A stretch of 64,000 nt of DNA from Collinsella sp. (GTDB lineage: Bacteria > Actinomycetota > Coriobacteriia > Coriobacteriales > Coriobacteriaceae): NCBI GenBank assembly GCA_048342875.1, contig DBGDEA010000037.1:2513-66512 (forward strand), given 5' to 3'. This document shows positions 10,163 through 21,583 of the stretch, piece by piece. A program made the translations under genes and the position numbers. Every line of letters starts with the position of its first letter. Positions within the stretch are counted from its first letter, which is position 1. A model generated the notes under the pieces. That model saw only the letters and a program-made list of their open reading frames with translations. It ran no database searches and was not told the origin of the DNA.

Positions 10163-12041
10163 TCACCCGCCCTCGGCATCAACACGATCATACGCAACTG
10201 GCCGGGTTCGCCCTCAAGGCGGTATGCCACGTTGCGCCTTTGCAGAGCGCTTTCGAGCTCTTGCGCAGCGGGCGTCTGCGAAAGATCTGCATCATCGTTG
10301 GAAAAAAGCGTGGCGCGCAGCTCGACACTGCATCGGTCATGGTCGCCCAAGTGATACATAAGCGCCGGATGGTCGGTGGTGTAGGCAAAAACGCAAAGTC
10401 ATACACGCAGTCGTACAGGGCGCTTACCGTACTGGCGTGCATCGGGCGCCGTATGGCGATAATCGAGGCGCAATCGATATCGATGGTGCGCAGGTCGCTT
10501 GCGAGCTCGTTGGCAATGAGCTGAATGCGGTCGCGATCAAAACCGCTCTCCCCGTGCTGCGCCAACGTGAGCGATCCCTTGCGCTTGCAATAGGCGACGA
10601 GCATCTTGGCGCGCTGCAACATGCGGTAACGCTCGTGTGAAGATGTTTCGTCGGTCAACGACGGCAGCGAGCTCAGCAGGTCGTACATCCCTTCGAGCGC
10701 GCGAGCAAGCGCCTGGTCCACGTCTTGGACCAGCAAGGTCTCGGCCTCTTGATCTGCCAGGTGCGTCTTAAGGTCGTAGTCGGCAGCGAGCAGCTCGTTT
10801 TGACGTTGCAGCTCCATGCGACGGTGTGCCAGTTCACGGTTAAGCTCGTTGAGATCCGACACGTCTTGGGCAAGCAGGGCCGATCCGCCCAACAGTGGAA
10901 AGGCACGGTACATCACATCGGGATCGGACGCCACGGCAAAGGCATGGGCATGCCCGTGTTCCTGGGCTCGCAGCTCTTCGCACACGCCCGCCGGCATTGG
11001 CTTCGACACCGGCGTGGCATAGACTTCCTGCAGGTCGCGCGTTAGAACTTTGAGGTCGAGCGGCAAGGTGTCGAAGATGCCGGCGATGTCGTGATATGAC
11101 GGAATGACACCGCAATCGAGACAGATTTCCATCGCCACCACGCACAAGACGCAATAGATGAGCGAGAAGTTGAGCCTCCATGCCCAGGGCACGCGCAACG
11201 CATATGAGATGGCAAAGAACGCGCCGCCCAGCAGCACGAGCGCCGCCGTGCCCGAGAAACGCTGGATGCGAAAGGACGAGGACCGACCAACCAGGATAAA
11301 AAAGGCCACGAAGTTAAAGGCCGTCCACACTAAGACGGCGAAATAACCCCAGCCGTACGTGTAATCGTTGCTCCAGGTGTCGCTTGTACGGTCAAAGCGG
11401 AAGACCTGCTGGTGAAAATCGTTGGTGAGCACAAATCCGATAAGCAGGATGGCCGCAATCCACAGCGCAGCGCAGTAGCGGCGACCCAGGCGGTGTTGCT
11501 CCAGACCCGCAAGGCGCAAACCACACAACTGGTAGAGCAGCGGAATGAGCGTCATGGGCACGTAGTACAGGTACCACAGCACGGTGGCATAGAACGGCGT
11601 GAACGACTTGTACTTGAGAATGACTTCGATCATCCACAGGGCGCAGATGGTGGCGATGGCAACAAGGCGGCGGCGCAACACATAGTCCAAACAGCGCAGA
11701 TAGACCGATACGCCCCAGATCGAAAAAATAATTGCGGCGACAAGAAGCGGGAGAGAGCTCGAGTGGACGAGCGCATCCACGACCTCTTCGGACACCTCGC
11801 TATAGGCGGGCACGGCGTTAGAAAGTTTGGGGTCGAAGGCGAACAGCGCCGGCAAGACTGCCAAAAGCATGAGGAACAGCGCGGTGATGGCGCCGGCGAT
11901 AGCAAAGACGCGGTGACGGTACGCCTGATGTGTTATGCCAACAAGGAATCGCGGCATGGCGAAGAGCCTGCCGCCCCTGGGATCCGCCACGGGTGCGGAT
12001 CGGGCGGCCGCGTGGCCGATATGTCGCTCGCGGGTACCCAT
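10159..12041 (-). pseudogene. 7TM sensor-like protein with degenerate kinase region; apparent 1-bp deletion near 10387-10391
   Basis: 7TM N-terminus (LWYLYYVP, LTNDFHQQVF). The frame shifts at an A5 run; the alternative frame (10159-10359) ends in a GTGA overlap with the next gene. Confidence 0.7.
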
Positions 12042-12180
12042 AGTGCTTTTAGTGTACCGACAGGCAGGCTCAAAAAGCGGGCCACATGTCCCAAAATCCG
12101 CAGACGGCAAGGCGCCCGGAGAGCACATACTCGCCGGGCGCCTTGATTAGGAGGCTCTGAAGTTGAGCGTCTCAGCTTCC

Positions 12181-13623
<1,443 letters not shown>

Positions 13624-13765
13624 TCATACGCTGCTTGTCGTGCTTTCAGTATCCCCGCAAACGGGGTGCCAACCAACGGCAACGGCACAGGTCGACACTT
13701 CTTTTCGCACACGGTGGCCCGGCGACCGCCCACAGCTGACACTTTTTGATACCCGCCTGCCCAAA

Positions 13766-13936
13766 CCACCACAAGGGGGACAGGCACCTTTGTGGTGGTT
13801 GGGGGCGGTTTGTCTCGATCTGTAACAGGTAGAAACGATTTAGCCCGCTAGATGTTACAGATCGAGACAGAAGATTCTAGTCGCAGGCGATGTCGAGGTT
13901 CTTGCCGATGAGGCCTACGTAGCCGCCTTCGCCGGC
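13766..13936. repeat. Left copy of direct repeat: GGGGACAGG hairpin, one 17-25-17 unit and a duplicated 3' end of the DUF4867-like gene
   Basis: Aligns to 15107-15352; minus strand reads GGYVGLIGKNLDIACD*. Confidence 0.9.
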
Positions 13937-13995
13937 GGGATATTTGACTGAATAGGAAAAAAAGGAAAAAATAGGAAAAAAAGGAAAGGAGACTC

Positions 13996-15102
13996 ATGAC
14001 TGAAACCATCTTCTCCCCCTCATTTGGAAATCGCCCGTCCTATCTGGTGGGACGCGGGAGCGTGATTTCGACATTCATCTCCGGCCTTGAGCAGGAGCCG
14101 GGCAATCGAGACCGGGCTATGCTCATGCTTGGCCAGCGAGGCAGCGGCAAAACGGTTCTGCTGTGGGAACTTGCCGATCGCGCACGCAAGCTCGGCTTTG
14201 TTGTCGCCACGCCCACCGTAGCCTCCGAGGATATGCTCGAGCGCATTGTTGAGAAGATCCAGGAAGCGGGCGAGCCCTACGCCAACAAGCATCGGCTCCC
14301 CAAACTTGCGGGCGGCAGCCTGAGCGTCTTCGGCTTCTCAGCCGGCCTTGAGTTCACGCGCGATGTGCAGGAAACCAAAAGCTTCCAGTTCAAGCTCACG
14401 CAGCTGGCGCGCAAGCTGACCGAGCAGGGACACGGCATCCTCATCCTCATCGATGAGCTCCAGGCCAATTCGCCCGAGATCAGACAGCTCGTCACCGCCT
14501 ATCAAGAGCTGGTCGGCGAGGGGCTCAACGTCGCGCTCGTCATGGCGGGCCTCCCGGGAGCAGTCTCCGCGACACTCAACGACCGCGTACTGACATTTCT
14601 CAACCGCGCACGCAAGGTCACGCTCGAACCGCTTTCAGTTGGAGATGTGGATGCCTACTATCAGCGAGCTTTCGAAGAGCTCGACCTTGATATTCCAGGC
14701 AATCTTCGGCTGGACGCTGCTCGCGCAACTCAGGGCTCGCCCTACATGCTGCAGCTCATCGGCTACAACATCGCCAATCGTTGCCAGGCAGGAGAACACG
14801 TAACGCCAGAGCAAGTCGACGGAGCAATCGAAGCGTCAAAGGCCGATTTCGAAAACGATGTGTGCGAAACGACGCTCGCCGCGCTATCGGACCAAGATGT
14901 TGCGTTTCTCGCTGCAATGACCGATGACGAAGCCGCCGTGTCTCGCATTTCTGATGTTGCGAAGCGCATGTCAGTCACACCGGACTACGCACAAAAGTAT
15001 CGCCGGCGCCTCATCGACGCCGGCGTAATCGAACAGGCGCGCCGCGGTTACGTGCGCTTCGCCGTACCATATATGGCTGACTACCTGCGCAGCCAACTCT
15101 AG
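13996..15102 (+). CDS. AAA+/STAND-like ATP-binding protein with C-terminal winged HTH
   Basis: PSFG..P...GR N-terminus, Walker A GQRGSGKT, Walker B ILIDELQ, GSPYMLQ, YRRRLIDAGVI. Confidence 0.85.
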   Translation: MTETIFSPSFGNRPSYLVGRGSVISTFISGLEQEPGNRDRAMLMLGQRGSGKTVLLWELADRARKLGFVVATPTVASEDMLERIVEKIQEAGEPYANKHRLPKLAGGSLSVFGFSAGLEFTRDVQETKSFQFKLTQLARKLTEQGHGILILIDELQANSPEIRQLVTAYQELVGEGLNVALVMAGLPGAVSATLNDRVLTFLNRARKVTLEPLSVGDVDAYYQRAFEELDLDIPGNLRLDAARATQGSPYMLQLIGYNIANRCQAGEHVTPEQVDGAIEASKADFENDVCETTLAALSDQDVAFLAAMTDDEAAVSRISDVAKRMSVTPDYAQKYRRRLIDAGVIEQARRGYVRFAVPYMADYLRSQL

Positions 15103-15106
15103 GCAG

Positions 15107-15352
15107 CCACCACAATGGGGACAGGCACCTTTGTGGTGGATTGGGCCCGGTTTGTCTCGATCTGTAACAGTTGGGCCGCCAAAATCGGGCTTGGTGTTAC
15201 AGATTGAGATTGTTCGGTCTTTCCCCTGCAGTTTGTCTAAATCTGTAACAGGTAGAGACGATTTAGCCCGCCAGATGTTACAGATTGAGACGGAAGATTC
15301 TAGTCCACGGCGATGTCGAGGTTCTTGCCGATGAGGCCTACGTAGCCGCCCT
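15107..15352. repeat. Right copy of direct repeat, with two 17-25-17 palindromic units
   Basis: Arms at 15153-15169/15195-15211 and 15234-15250/15276-15292. Confidence 0.9.
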
Positions 15353-15944
15353 CGGCAGCCTTGGGGCTGTCGGCGTGGCAGAGAACCCACTTGTCTGCCT
15401 TCCAGTAGCAGTAGCTGTCACCGGCCGCGGGCATGTCGGCCGCGGCCTCGGGGCGCGGACCATTGGTGCCAGCGGGCAGCGCCACCATCACCTGGAAGCC
15501 ACCGTCGTCGACCATGCACGGCGTGTAGTGGAGCGTGGTGTTGAAAACCTCGACGACCTTGCCCGCCGGCACGCGGAACGCCTTGACGCACGCGGTATCG
15601 AGCTTGCCGTCCTCGATCTCCCAGCGATGTGCCACGAGCAGGATAAAGTCGCGTGCACCCAGGTTGAACTCGCTCGCGCGGTGGTACTCCAGGCAGTTGA
15701 GACGCGTGTTGTGGCCGTTGCACCAGCCGAGCTGGAAGGGACGGCCGCCAAACATGAGAAAGCCCAGTTTATCGGCATCCTTGACGCCCTCGAGCTCCGG
15801 CGCGCTTGCTACGTACTTGCTACCCTCGGGGATGGGCGTGGAGGCAAGCGCCTCGACGAGCGGAGCGGTCAGGTTGGACGGAACGTCGTTCCACACGCGG
15901 CCATAAGATTTGAACTCGGGATCTGATACAGAGTAGATATGCAT
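15300..15944 (-). CDS. DUF4867-like (cupin/ureidoglycolate-lyase-like) protein
   Basis: FKSYGRV, GWCNGHNTRLNCLEYH, TLHYTPC, LPAGTN. Confidence 0.75.
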   Translation of the reverse strand: MHIYSVSDPEFKSYGRVWNDVPSNLTAPLVEALASTPIPEGSKYVASAPELEGVKDADKLGFLMFGGRPFQLGWCNGHNTRLNCLEYHRASEFNLGARDFILLVAHRWEIEDGKLDTACVKAFRVPAGKVVEVFNTTLHYTPCMVDDGGFQVMVALPAGTNGPRPEAAADMPAAGDSYCYWKADKWVLCHADSPKAAEGGYVGLIGKNLDIAVD

Positions 15945-16079
15945 GCTCGCTCCTGTTCGTTTATGTGACAGTATGAACATTCTAGAACTATCTCGTTCCG
16001 TTTTGAGCGCCCAGCATGAAAAAGCGCCCCACAAAGAGCGGGAGCGCTTCTGGCGCAAACGCTATTCCTACCAGCAGCC

Positions 16080-16568
16080 TTACGCCTGCTGATAGTGCAG
16101 GTGCTTCTCGTCGATATCGGCCAGGTCGCGGTCGAGGTAGCGGCGCGCGAGCCAGTTGGCCATGGGGAGATTTTGATCCAGGTAGTTGCCACACTCCTCG
16201 GGAGCGGCTCCGGGGACATCGCCCTCAAAGTCGGCGACGAACTCAAACAGCTCGCGGACGAGCGGCAGGATCTCCTCGCTCGTTACCTCACCAAACACGA
16301 CCAGGTAAAAGCCCGTGCGGCAGCCCATGGGGCCAAAGTAGACAATACGGCTCGACCACTCGGCATGATTGCGAAGGAAGGTCGCGCCCAGGTGCTCGAT
16401 GGTATGGCACTCGGCCGTGTTCATGACCGGCTCCTTGTTGGGCGTGGTCAGGCGCAGGTCAAACGTGGTGACGGCGGCACCGGTCGCCGGATCGCGGTCG
16501 ATGCGGCTCACATACACGCCGGGCTCAAGCAGCAGATGATCAACGGAAAAGCTGGCGATGCGCTCCAT
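16080..16568 (-). CDS. luxS: S-ribosylhomocysteine lyase
   Basis: SFSVDH, HTIEH, GPMGCRTGFY, CGNY. Confidence 0.97.
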   Translation of the reverse strand: MERIASFSVDHLLLEPGVYVSRIDRDPATGAAVTTFDLRLTTPNKEPVMNTAECHTIEHLGATFLRNHAEWSSRIVYFGPMGCRTGFYLVVFGEVTSEEILPLVRELFEFVADFEGDVPGAAPEECGNYLDQNLPMANWLARRYLDRDLADIDEKHLHYQQA

Positions 16569-16591
16569 GGCAGATCCTCTCGATAGTCAAA

Positions 16592-16662
16592 TTGGGACGG
16601 GGCTCTTTTAGCTGGTTCGAATGGTCGCACCAATCATACCAGTCAAAAAAGCCCCGTCCAAA
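16592..16662. repeat. Intergenic hairpin (GGGAC-type arms)
   Basis: TTGGGACGGGGCTCTTTT...AAAAAAGCCCCGTCCAAA. Confidence 0.65.
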
Positions 16663-16669
16663 AGACAAC

Positions 16670-17644
16670 TTAGCCAAGGACACGGGCCATACGCGTCTTG
16701 AACTCGGACAGAAAGCGCGGAGCATCCACGGTCAATGCCACAAGCGCGCTCTTGTCCGGATCGGACAGGCGGCGCTCATCGCAGATGGTGCGACCGCGGT
16801 ACTCACCCAGCAGATCAACACGCAGGTTGCAGCCGAGCGCACCTACGAGCGTGGGGTCGATCGCCACGGCAACGGCCAGCGGATCGTGCAGCGCACAACC
16901 ACCCAGGTAGGGTGCGTTCATCTCGTACGAGCCAATGTAGTGCTCGACCATGCTCGCAAATGCGCAGCCCGCCATGGTGCCCGAGCCCGTCCAGCCGGCA
17001 ATGTCGCGGCGTGTGAGCACCACGCGATGCGTCACGTCCAGACCCACCATGGTGAGCTTACGGCCCGAGCGCAGCACCGCGTCGGCTGCCTCGGGGTCGC
17101 TCGCCATGTTGGCCTCGGCGCCCGCGCTCACGTTACCGGGCACGGTAAGGGCGCCGCCCATCACGACCACGCGACCGATGGACATCATCGCCGCCGCATC
17201 GCGCTCCAAGGCAAGTGCCAGGTTGGAGAGCGGACCGGTCGCCACGTAGATCAGATCGGGACCATAGGTGCGCGCGGCATCAATCAGATAATCGACAGCC
17301 GCATTACCGTCGGCCGACGTCGCCCCCACCGGCTCGTACGGCGACGCGGGCACGCTCGCGCCGCCGATGCCGTTCTTGCCGTGAATGAGCGCGGTGGACG
17401 CCGGCGGCGTATAGGGCTCAGTCGCCTGCAGAGGACGGTCGGCACCCAGGTACACCGGAACCTCGGGGCGACCCAGCAGATCGAGCACCGCCAGGCAATT
17501 GTGCGCCGATTGCTCGACGCGCACGTTGCCAAAGCACGTGGTGATGCCCACGAGCTCCACTTCGGGGCTCGCGATGGCATAGGCCAGCGCCATCGCATCG
17601 TCAACACCCATATCCAGATCAAGGATCAGCTTCTTGATTGCCAT
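16670..17644 (-). CDS. Inosine/uridine-preferring nucleoside hydrolase
   Basis: DLDMGVDDA, GNV, TGPLSNLA, AEAN..SDPEAA, LHDP. Confidence 0.92.
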   Translation of the reverse strand: MAIKKLILDLDMGVDDAMALAYAIASPEVELVGITTCFGNVRVEQSAHNCLAVLDLLGRPEVPVYLGADRPLQATEPYTPPASTALIHGKNGIGGASVPASPYEPVGATSADGNAAVDYLIDAARTYGPDLIYVATGPLSNLALALERDAAAMMSIGRVVVMGGALTVPGNVSAGAEANMASDPEAADAVLRSGRKLTMVGLDVTHRVVLTRRDIAGWTGSGTMAGCAFASMVEHYIGSYEMNAPYLGGCALHDPLAVAVAIDPTLVGALGCNLRVDLLGEYRGRTICDERRLSDPDKSALVALTVDAPRFLSEFKTRMARVLG

Positions 17645-17674
17645 TGTTCTACTCCGCTTCTCCGTCTTTATCGT

Positions 17675-18637
17675 TTAACCAAACCAATGTTCAACTTCGA
17701 CGCGCGTGGGAATCGATTGCTGAGCGCCCAGGCGCGACACCGTCACTGCCGAGGCGCGAGCACCCGCGGCCATGCACTCAAAGAGCGGCAAGCCCTCTAG
17801 GCGAGCCGCCGCCAACGCGCCGATAAACGTATCGCCGGCGGCCGTGGTATCGACTACCGTACTCGAAAGTGCCGGCATGCGCAGCAGCTCACCGACATCG
17901 CCGAGCGTAACCGAGCCGGCACCGCCCAACGTGACGACCGCAGCTCCGGCACCCCTAGCGAGCAGGGCGTTGAGCGCCGCGACGCAGCTTGCATCGTCCG
18001 CGGGCAAGATTCCCGTCAGCACCTGGCACTCGGTCTCGTTGGGACAGACCAGATCGACCGCAGGCCAGACCTCCGCAGGCAGCTCGCAGGCAGGCGCTGG
18101 ATTAAAGACCGTATAGAACCCCAGCTCGTGAGCGCAAACAAGCGCCTCGGCCGTCGCCGCAAGGTCACATTCGCCCTGGGCGATAAAGACGCTTCCGGCA
18201 GCCGGGGCAATCTCGCTGGCGTCGCCGTCGAGCCCATCGGCCACCAGACGCCTCAGCGCGCAGGCAACGTCCGCGCACGCAAGCGCATGGTTGGCGCCCG
18301 GTGACAGTATGATGCGGTTGTCGCCCTCGCAGCGAATGATGGTCGCCGTTCCCGTCTCCACGTCATCGCGATGCACTACAAAGTCACAGTCCACGCCGGC
18401 GTCTTGGAGCCCCACCACGAGCGACGCGCCGAACGCGTCGCGACCGACCGCGCCGATCATGTGCGTGCACGCGCCCATACGCGCGGCAGCTACAGCCTGA
18501 TTGGCGCCCTTGCCGCCGGCGTTGGTGATAAAACCGCTACCACCGACTGTCTCGCCCGCGCGCGGCATGCGCTCGCACGCCACCGAAAGGTCCATGTTCA
18601 TGCTGCCGAACACCGCAACGATGCCGCGATCTGCCAT
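17675..18637 (-). CDS. rbsK: Ribokinase
   Basis: GSMNMD, GGKGANQA, NPAPA, PNETE, DTTAAGDTF. Confidence 0.9.
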   Translation of the reverse strand: MADRGIVAVFGSMNMDLSVACERMPRAGETVGGSGFITNAGGKGANQAVAAARMGACTHMIGAVGRDAFGASLVVGLQDAGVDCDFVVHRDDVETGTATIIRCEGDNRIILSPGANHALACADVACALRRLVADGLDGDASEIAPAAGSVFIAQGECDLAATAEALVCAHELGFYTVFNPAPACELPAEVWPAVDLVCPNETECQVLTGILPADDASCVAALNALLARGAGAAVVTLGGAGSVTLGDVGELLRMPALSSTVVDTTAAGDTFIGALAAARLEGLPLFECMAAGARASAVTVSRLGAQQSIPTRVEVEHWFG

Positions 18638-18823
18638 GGAAACCTCCTCGTCTGCGGGCTTTGCACCCACCGTCGACCGTCGATTGCGCGCCTTCGTACC
18701 TCTATAACTTTAGTTCACTTTGATGTGAACGCACCCTTGAGGTTGCGCCAGCAGCAAGCATTCACAGGAGCAGGCAGCTACAATGAATACGTGCTGATTA
18801 TTCTCGTCATTGGATGATGTTTT

Positions 18824-21040
18824 ATGGAACAATTCTCGCAATCGGGCTCGCGCGGTCGACGCCGCACGGGCAACGAGCCGGCGCCGCACGAACGCGTGAA
18901 GAGCGAACGCCGTGCCAACGAGCCGCGACGCACCGCGAGCCCCCATCGCGCTTCTGCCAACAACGCGGGCCGCGCCAACACTCCCGCCGCGGAGCAGACG
19001 CCTGCTCGCCCCAAGTCCCGCTACATCCCTGCCCTTGACGGCCTACGCACGCTTGCCGTCGTCGCGGTGGTGCTCTATCACCTCAACCTCACGTGGGCGC
19101 AGGGCGGTCTGCTCGGCGTCACGATCTTCTTTGTGCTTTCGGGCTATCTGATCACACGCCTGCTACTCAACGAAGTCGCTAAGACCGGCCACATCGACCT
19201 CAAGAGCTTCTGGATTCGCCGCATCCGTCGCCTGGTCCCCGCCGTGGTAACGGTAGTGTTTGTAACCTGCGCGCTGTGCACTATCTTTAACCACGTGATG
19301 CTCACCAAGATGCGTCCCGACATTCTGCCGTCGCTGCTGTTCTTCAACAACTGGTGGCAGATTGCCCAAAACGTCTCGTACTTCAATGCCCTGGGCGACC
19401 CCTCGCCGCTCACGCACTTTTGGTCGCTTGCCATCGAGGAACAGTTCTACCTGATTTGGCCGCCACTGCTGTTTGCCATGGTATCCATGCATGTGAGCAA
19501 GCCCAACACGCGCCGCGTGGTTCTGGGCTTGGCTGCTGTCTCCGCCATCGCCATGATGGTGCTCTATAACCCTGCCGCCGACCCCAACCGCGTGTACTAC
19601 GGCACCGACACCCGTGTGTTCTCGCTGCTGCTGGGTGCCTGGATGGCCTTTATCCCCGATCGCGACCTGGCGCCGGTGCGTCTCGCTCGTCGTTTGGGGC
19701 TCAATCGCCTAGCTGGCGCCGCCAAGCACGGCAAGAACGCCGAGGGCAAGCCTGGCGAGAAGGCCGACGAAGCAGCCGAGACCGCCCCGGCACAGCCGAG
19801 CGCCCTCGTGCGTTTTTGGTCCTCGCCCGCATCCATCGATGTGTTGGGCGTCGTGGGTCTGGTTGGCCTTGCCGCCATGGTCGCGCTCACCAACGGCTAC
19901 ACCGCCTTCCAGTATCGCGGCGGCACGCTGCTGTGCTCGATCCTCACGCTCATGGTCATCGCGGCCTGCGTGCAGCCCCAGGGAATGGTTGCCCGCGCGC
20001 TGTCCGCCGAGCCGCTCGTGTGGGTTGGCAAGCGCTCGTACAGCATCTACCTGTGGCACTATCCGCTGCTGTTGCTCATGAACCCGGTCGCCAACATCAA
20101 CGATACACCGTGGTGGCAGTACATTTTGCAGGTGTTGTTGGTGGTCGCCGTGGCCGAATGCTCATATCGCTTTATCGAGACGCCGTTTAGGAAGGGCGCC
20201 TTCGGCCGCACCGTATCCGAGTTCCGCGATGGCACCACCACGCCCGCCAACTGGGTGCGCACGCACGTCCCTGCCTGCGCAGCCTGCGCTGTCGTGTTGG
20301 TCGTTGCACTGGGCGGCCTGATCTTTGTGCCCGAGACGTCTGCGCTGAGCGGCGAGGGCGCCGAAGTTCTGAACAAGGAAGCCAAGAACACCGCGCCCAC
20401 CGACCAGCAGGCGGCCGACGACACCGACAAGGACAACGACGGCTTCCCCGATGGCTCCTACGATCTGCTTATGATCGGCGACTCCGTGTCGCTGCGTGCC
20501 GTAGACACCTTTGACGGCGTGTTCCCGCACAGCCATATCGATGCCGAAAAGGGCCGCCAGTTTGATGCGGGGCGCGCGACATTTGAGGGCTATATCCAGC
20601 AGAACCTTGCCGGCAAGATCGTGGTCTTTGCCCTGGGCACCAACGGCTTGGTAACCGACGACCAGATCGACGCCATCATGGCCGATGCGGGAGATAAGCG
20701 TATGGTGGTGCTTGTGAACACGCGCAGCCCGCAGCCGTGGGTTGGCTCTACCAACCAGGCCATCGCCAACGCCGCTACGCGCTACAAGAACGTGCGCGTT
20801 ATCGACTGGTACGGATACAGTGCCAACCGCAACGACCTGTTCGATGGCGATGGCACGCATCTATCGACCACTGGCGTGACTGAGTACCTCAACTTGATCC
20901 ACGATGCAGTCAAGAAGGACCTGCCCGTGCATCCCGAGGATCACGTCAACGATCCGCAGCCGGCAGCCGTCAAGTCTGACACCGACGCGCTCGTTAACGC
21001 CCTCGCCTTCAAACCGCACAAACTAGGCACCGACAAGTAG
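18824..21040 (+). CDS. OatA-like acyltransferase (AT3 plus SGNH domain)
   Basis: LDGLR, FFVLSGYLIT, HFWSLAIEEQFY, GDSV, GTNG, DGTH. Confidence 0.9.
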   Translation: MEQFSQSGSRGRRRTGNEPAPHERVKSERRANEPRRTASPHRASANNAGRANTPAAEQTPARPKSRYIPALDGLRTLAVVAVVLYHLNLTWAQGGLLGVTIFFVLSGYLITRLLLNEVAKTGHIDLKSFWIRRIRRLVPAVVTVVFVTCALCTIFNHVMLTKMRPDILPSLLFFNNWWQIAQNVSYFNALGDPSPLTHFWSLAIEEQFYLIWPPLLFAMVSMHVSKPNTRRVVLGLAAVSAIAMMVLYNPAADPNRVYYGTDTRVFSLLLGAWMAFIPDRDLAPVRLARRLGLNRLAGAAKHGKNAEGKPGEKADEAAETAPAQPSALVRFWSSPASIDVLGVVGLVGLAAMVALTNGYTAFQYRGGTLLCSILTLMVIAACVQPQGMVARALSAEPLVWVGKRSYSIYLWHYPLLLLMNPVANINDTPWWQYILQVLLVVAVAECSYRFIETPFRKGAFGRTVSEFRDGTTTPANWVRTHVPACAACAVVLVVALGGLIFVPETSALSGEGAEVLNKEAKNTAPTDQQAADDTDKDNDGFPDGSYDLLMIGDSVSLRAVDTFDGVFPHSHIDAEKGRQFDAGRATFEGYIQQNLAGKIVVFALGTNGLVTDDQIDAIMADAGDKRMVVLVNTRSPQPWVGSTNQAIANAATRYKNVRVIDWYGYSANRNDLFDGDGTHLSTTGVTEYLNLIHDAVKKDLPVHPEDHVNDPQPAAVKSDTDALVNALAFKPHKLGTDK

Positions 21041-21272
21041 CACACCGTCAAATCCGCTTGCACCCGGAGGGGGCGTCGGCCACAACCGACGCCCCCTCCG
21101 GCAGTTAGGGACGTTCCTTATGTGCCGGTACCTAGGGACACTCCTGGCGCAGCCAATGAAGACCTCTACGGATGAATTCCAGGCCGCTCCGTCGCTCCAG
21201 ACATCGTTTCCGCGCCTCGCGCCTGCCCCAAACAATCAAAACAAGCCCTTTTCGCCGCACCCTCAAAGGTCT

Positions 21273-21502
21273 GTGGGCAAAAAAGGGCAAATATGAGTAC
21301 TGCTACCATTTTAGTAGCAGGCAAAACCACCCAAAATGACGTCCGAGCGAACCCTACAACCCCCTAAAGCAGCCAACCTGACTGGTTTAAGGCGTATTGG
21401 AGCCAATTTTAATGAACATACTATAGGTTATGTTTATTATCTTCTTGAATGTAAATGCTATTCACTTAGCAACAGTACTCATATTTGGCATTTTTTGCCC
21501 AC
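21273..21502. mobile_element. MITE-like element with ~30-bp imperfect terminal inverted repeats and AT-rich interior
   Basis: GTGGGCAAAAAAGGGCAAATATGAGTACTG...CAGTACTCATATTTGGCATTTTTTGCCCAC. Confidence 0.6.
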
Positions 21503-21531
21503 TGCCATATAACTAACACCCTATAGCAGAC

Positions 21532-21566
21532 AAAAACAGGCCGCAGCCCATCGCTGCGGCCTGTTT
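21532..21566 (-). terminator. Terminator after NRAMP-like gene (possibly bidirectional)
   Basis: AAAAACAGGCCGCAGC...GCTGCGGCCTGTTT. Confidence 0.7.
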
Positions 21567-21583
21567 GGAATCCAAAAGAGGCG

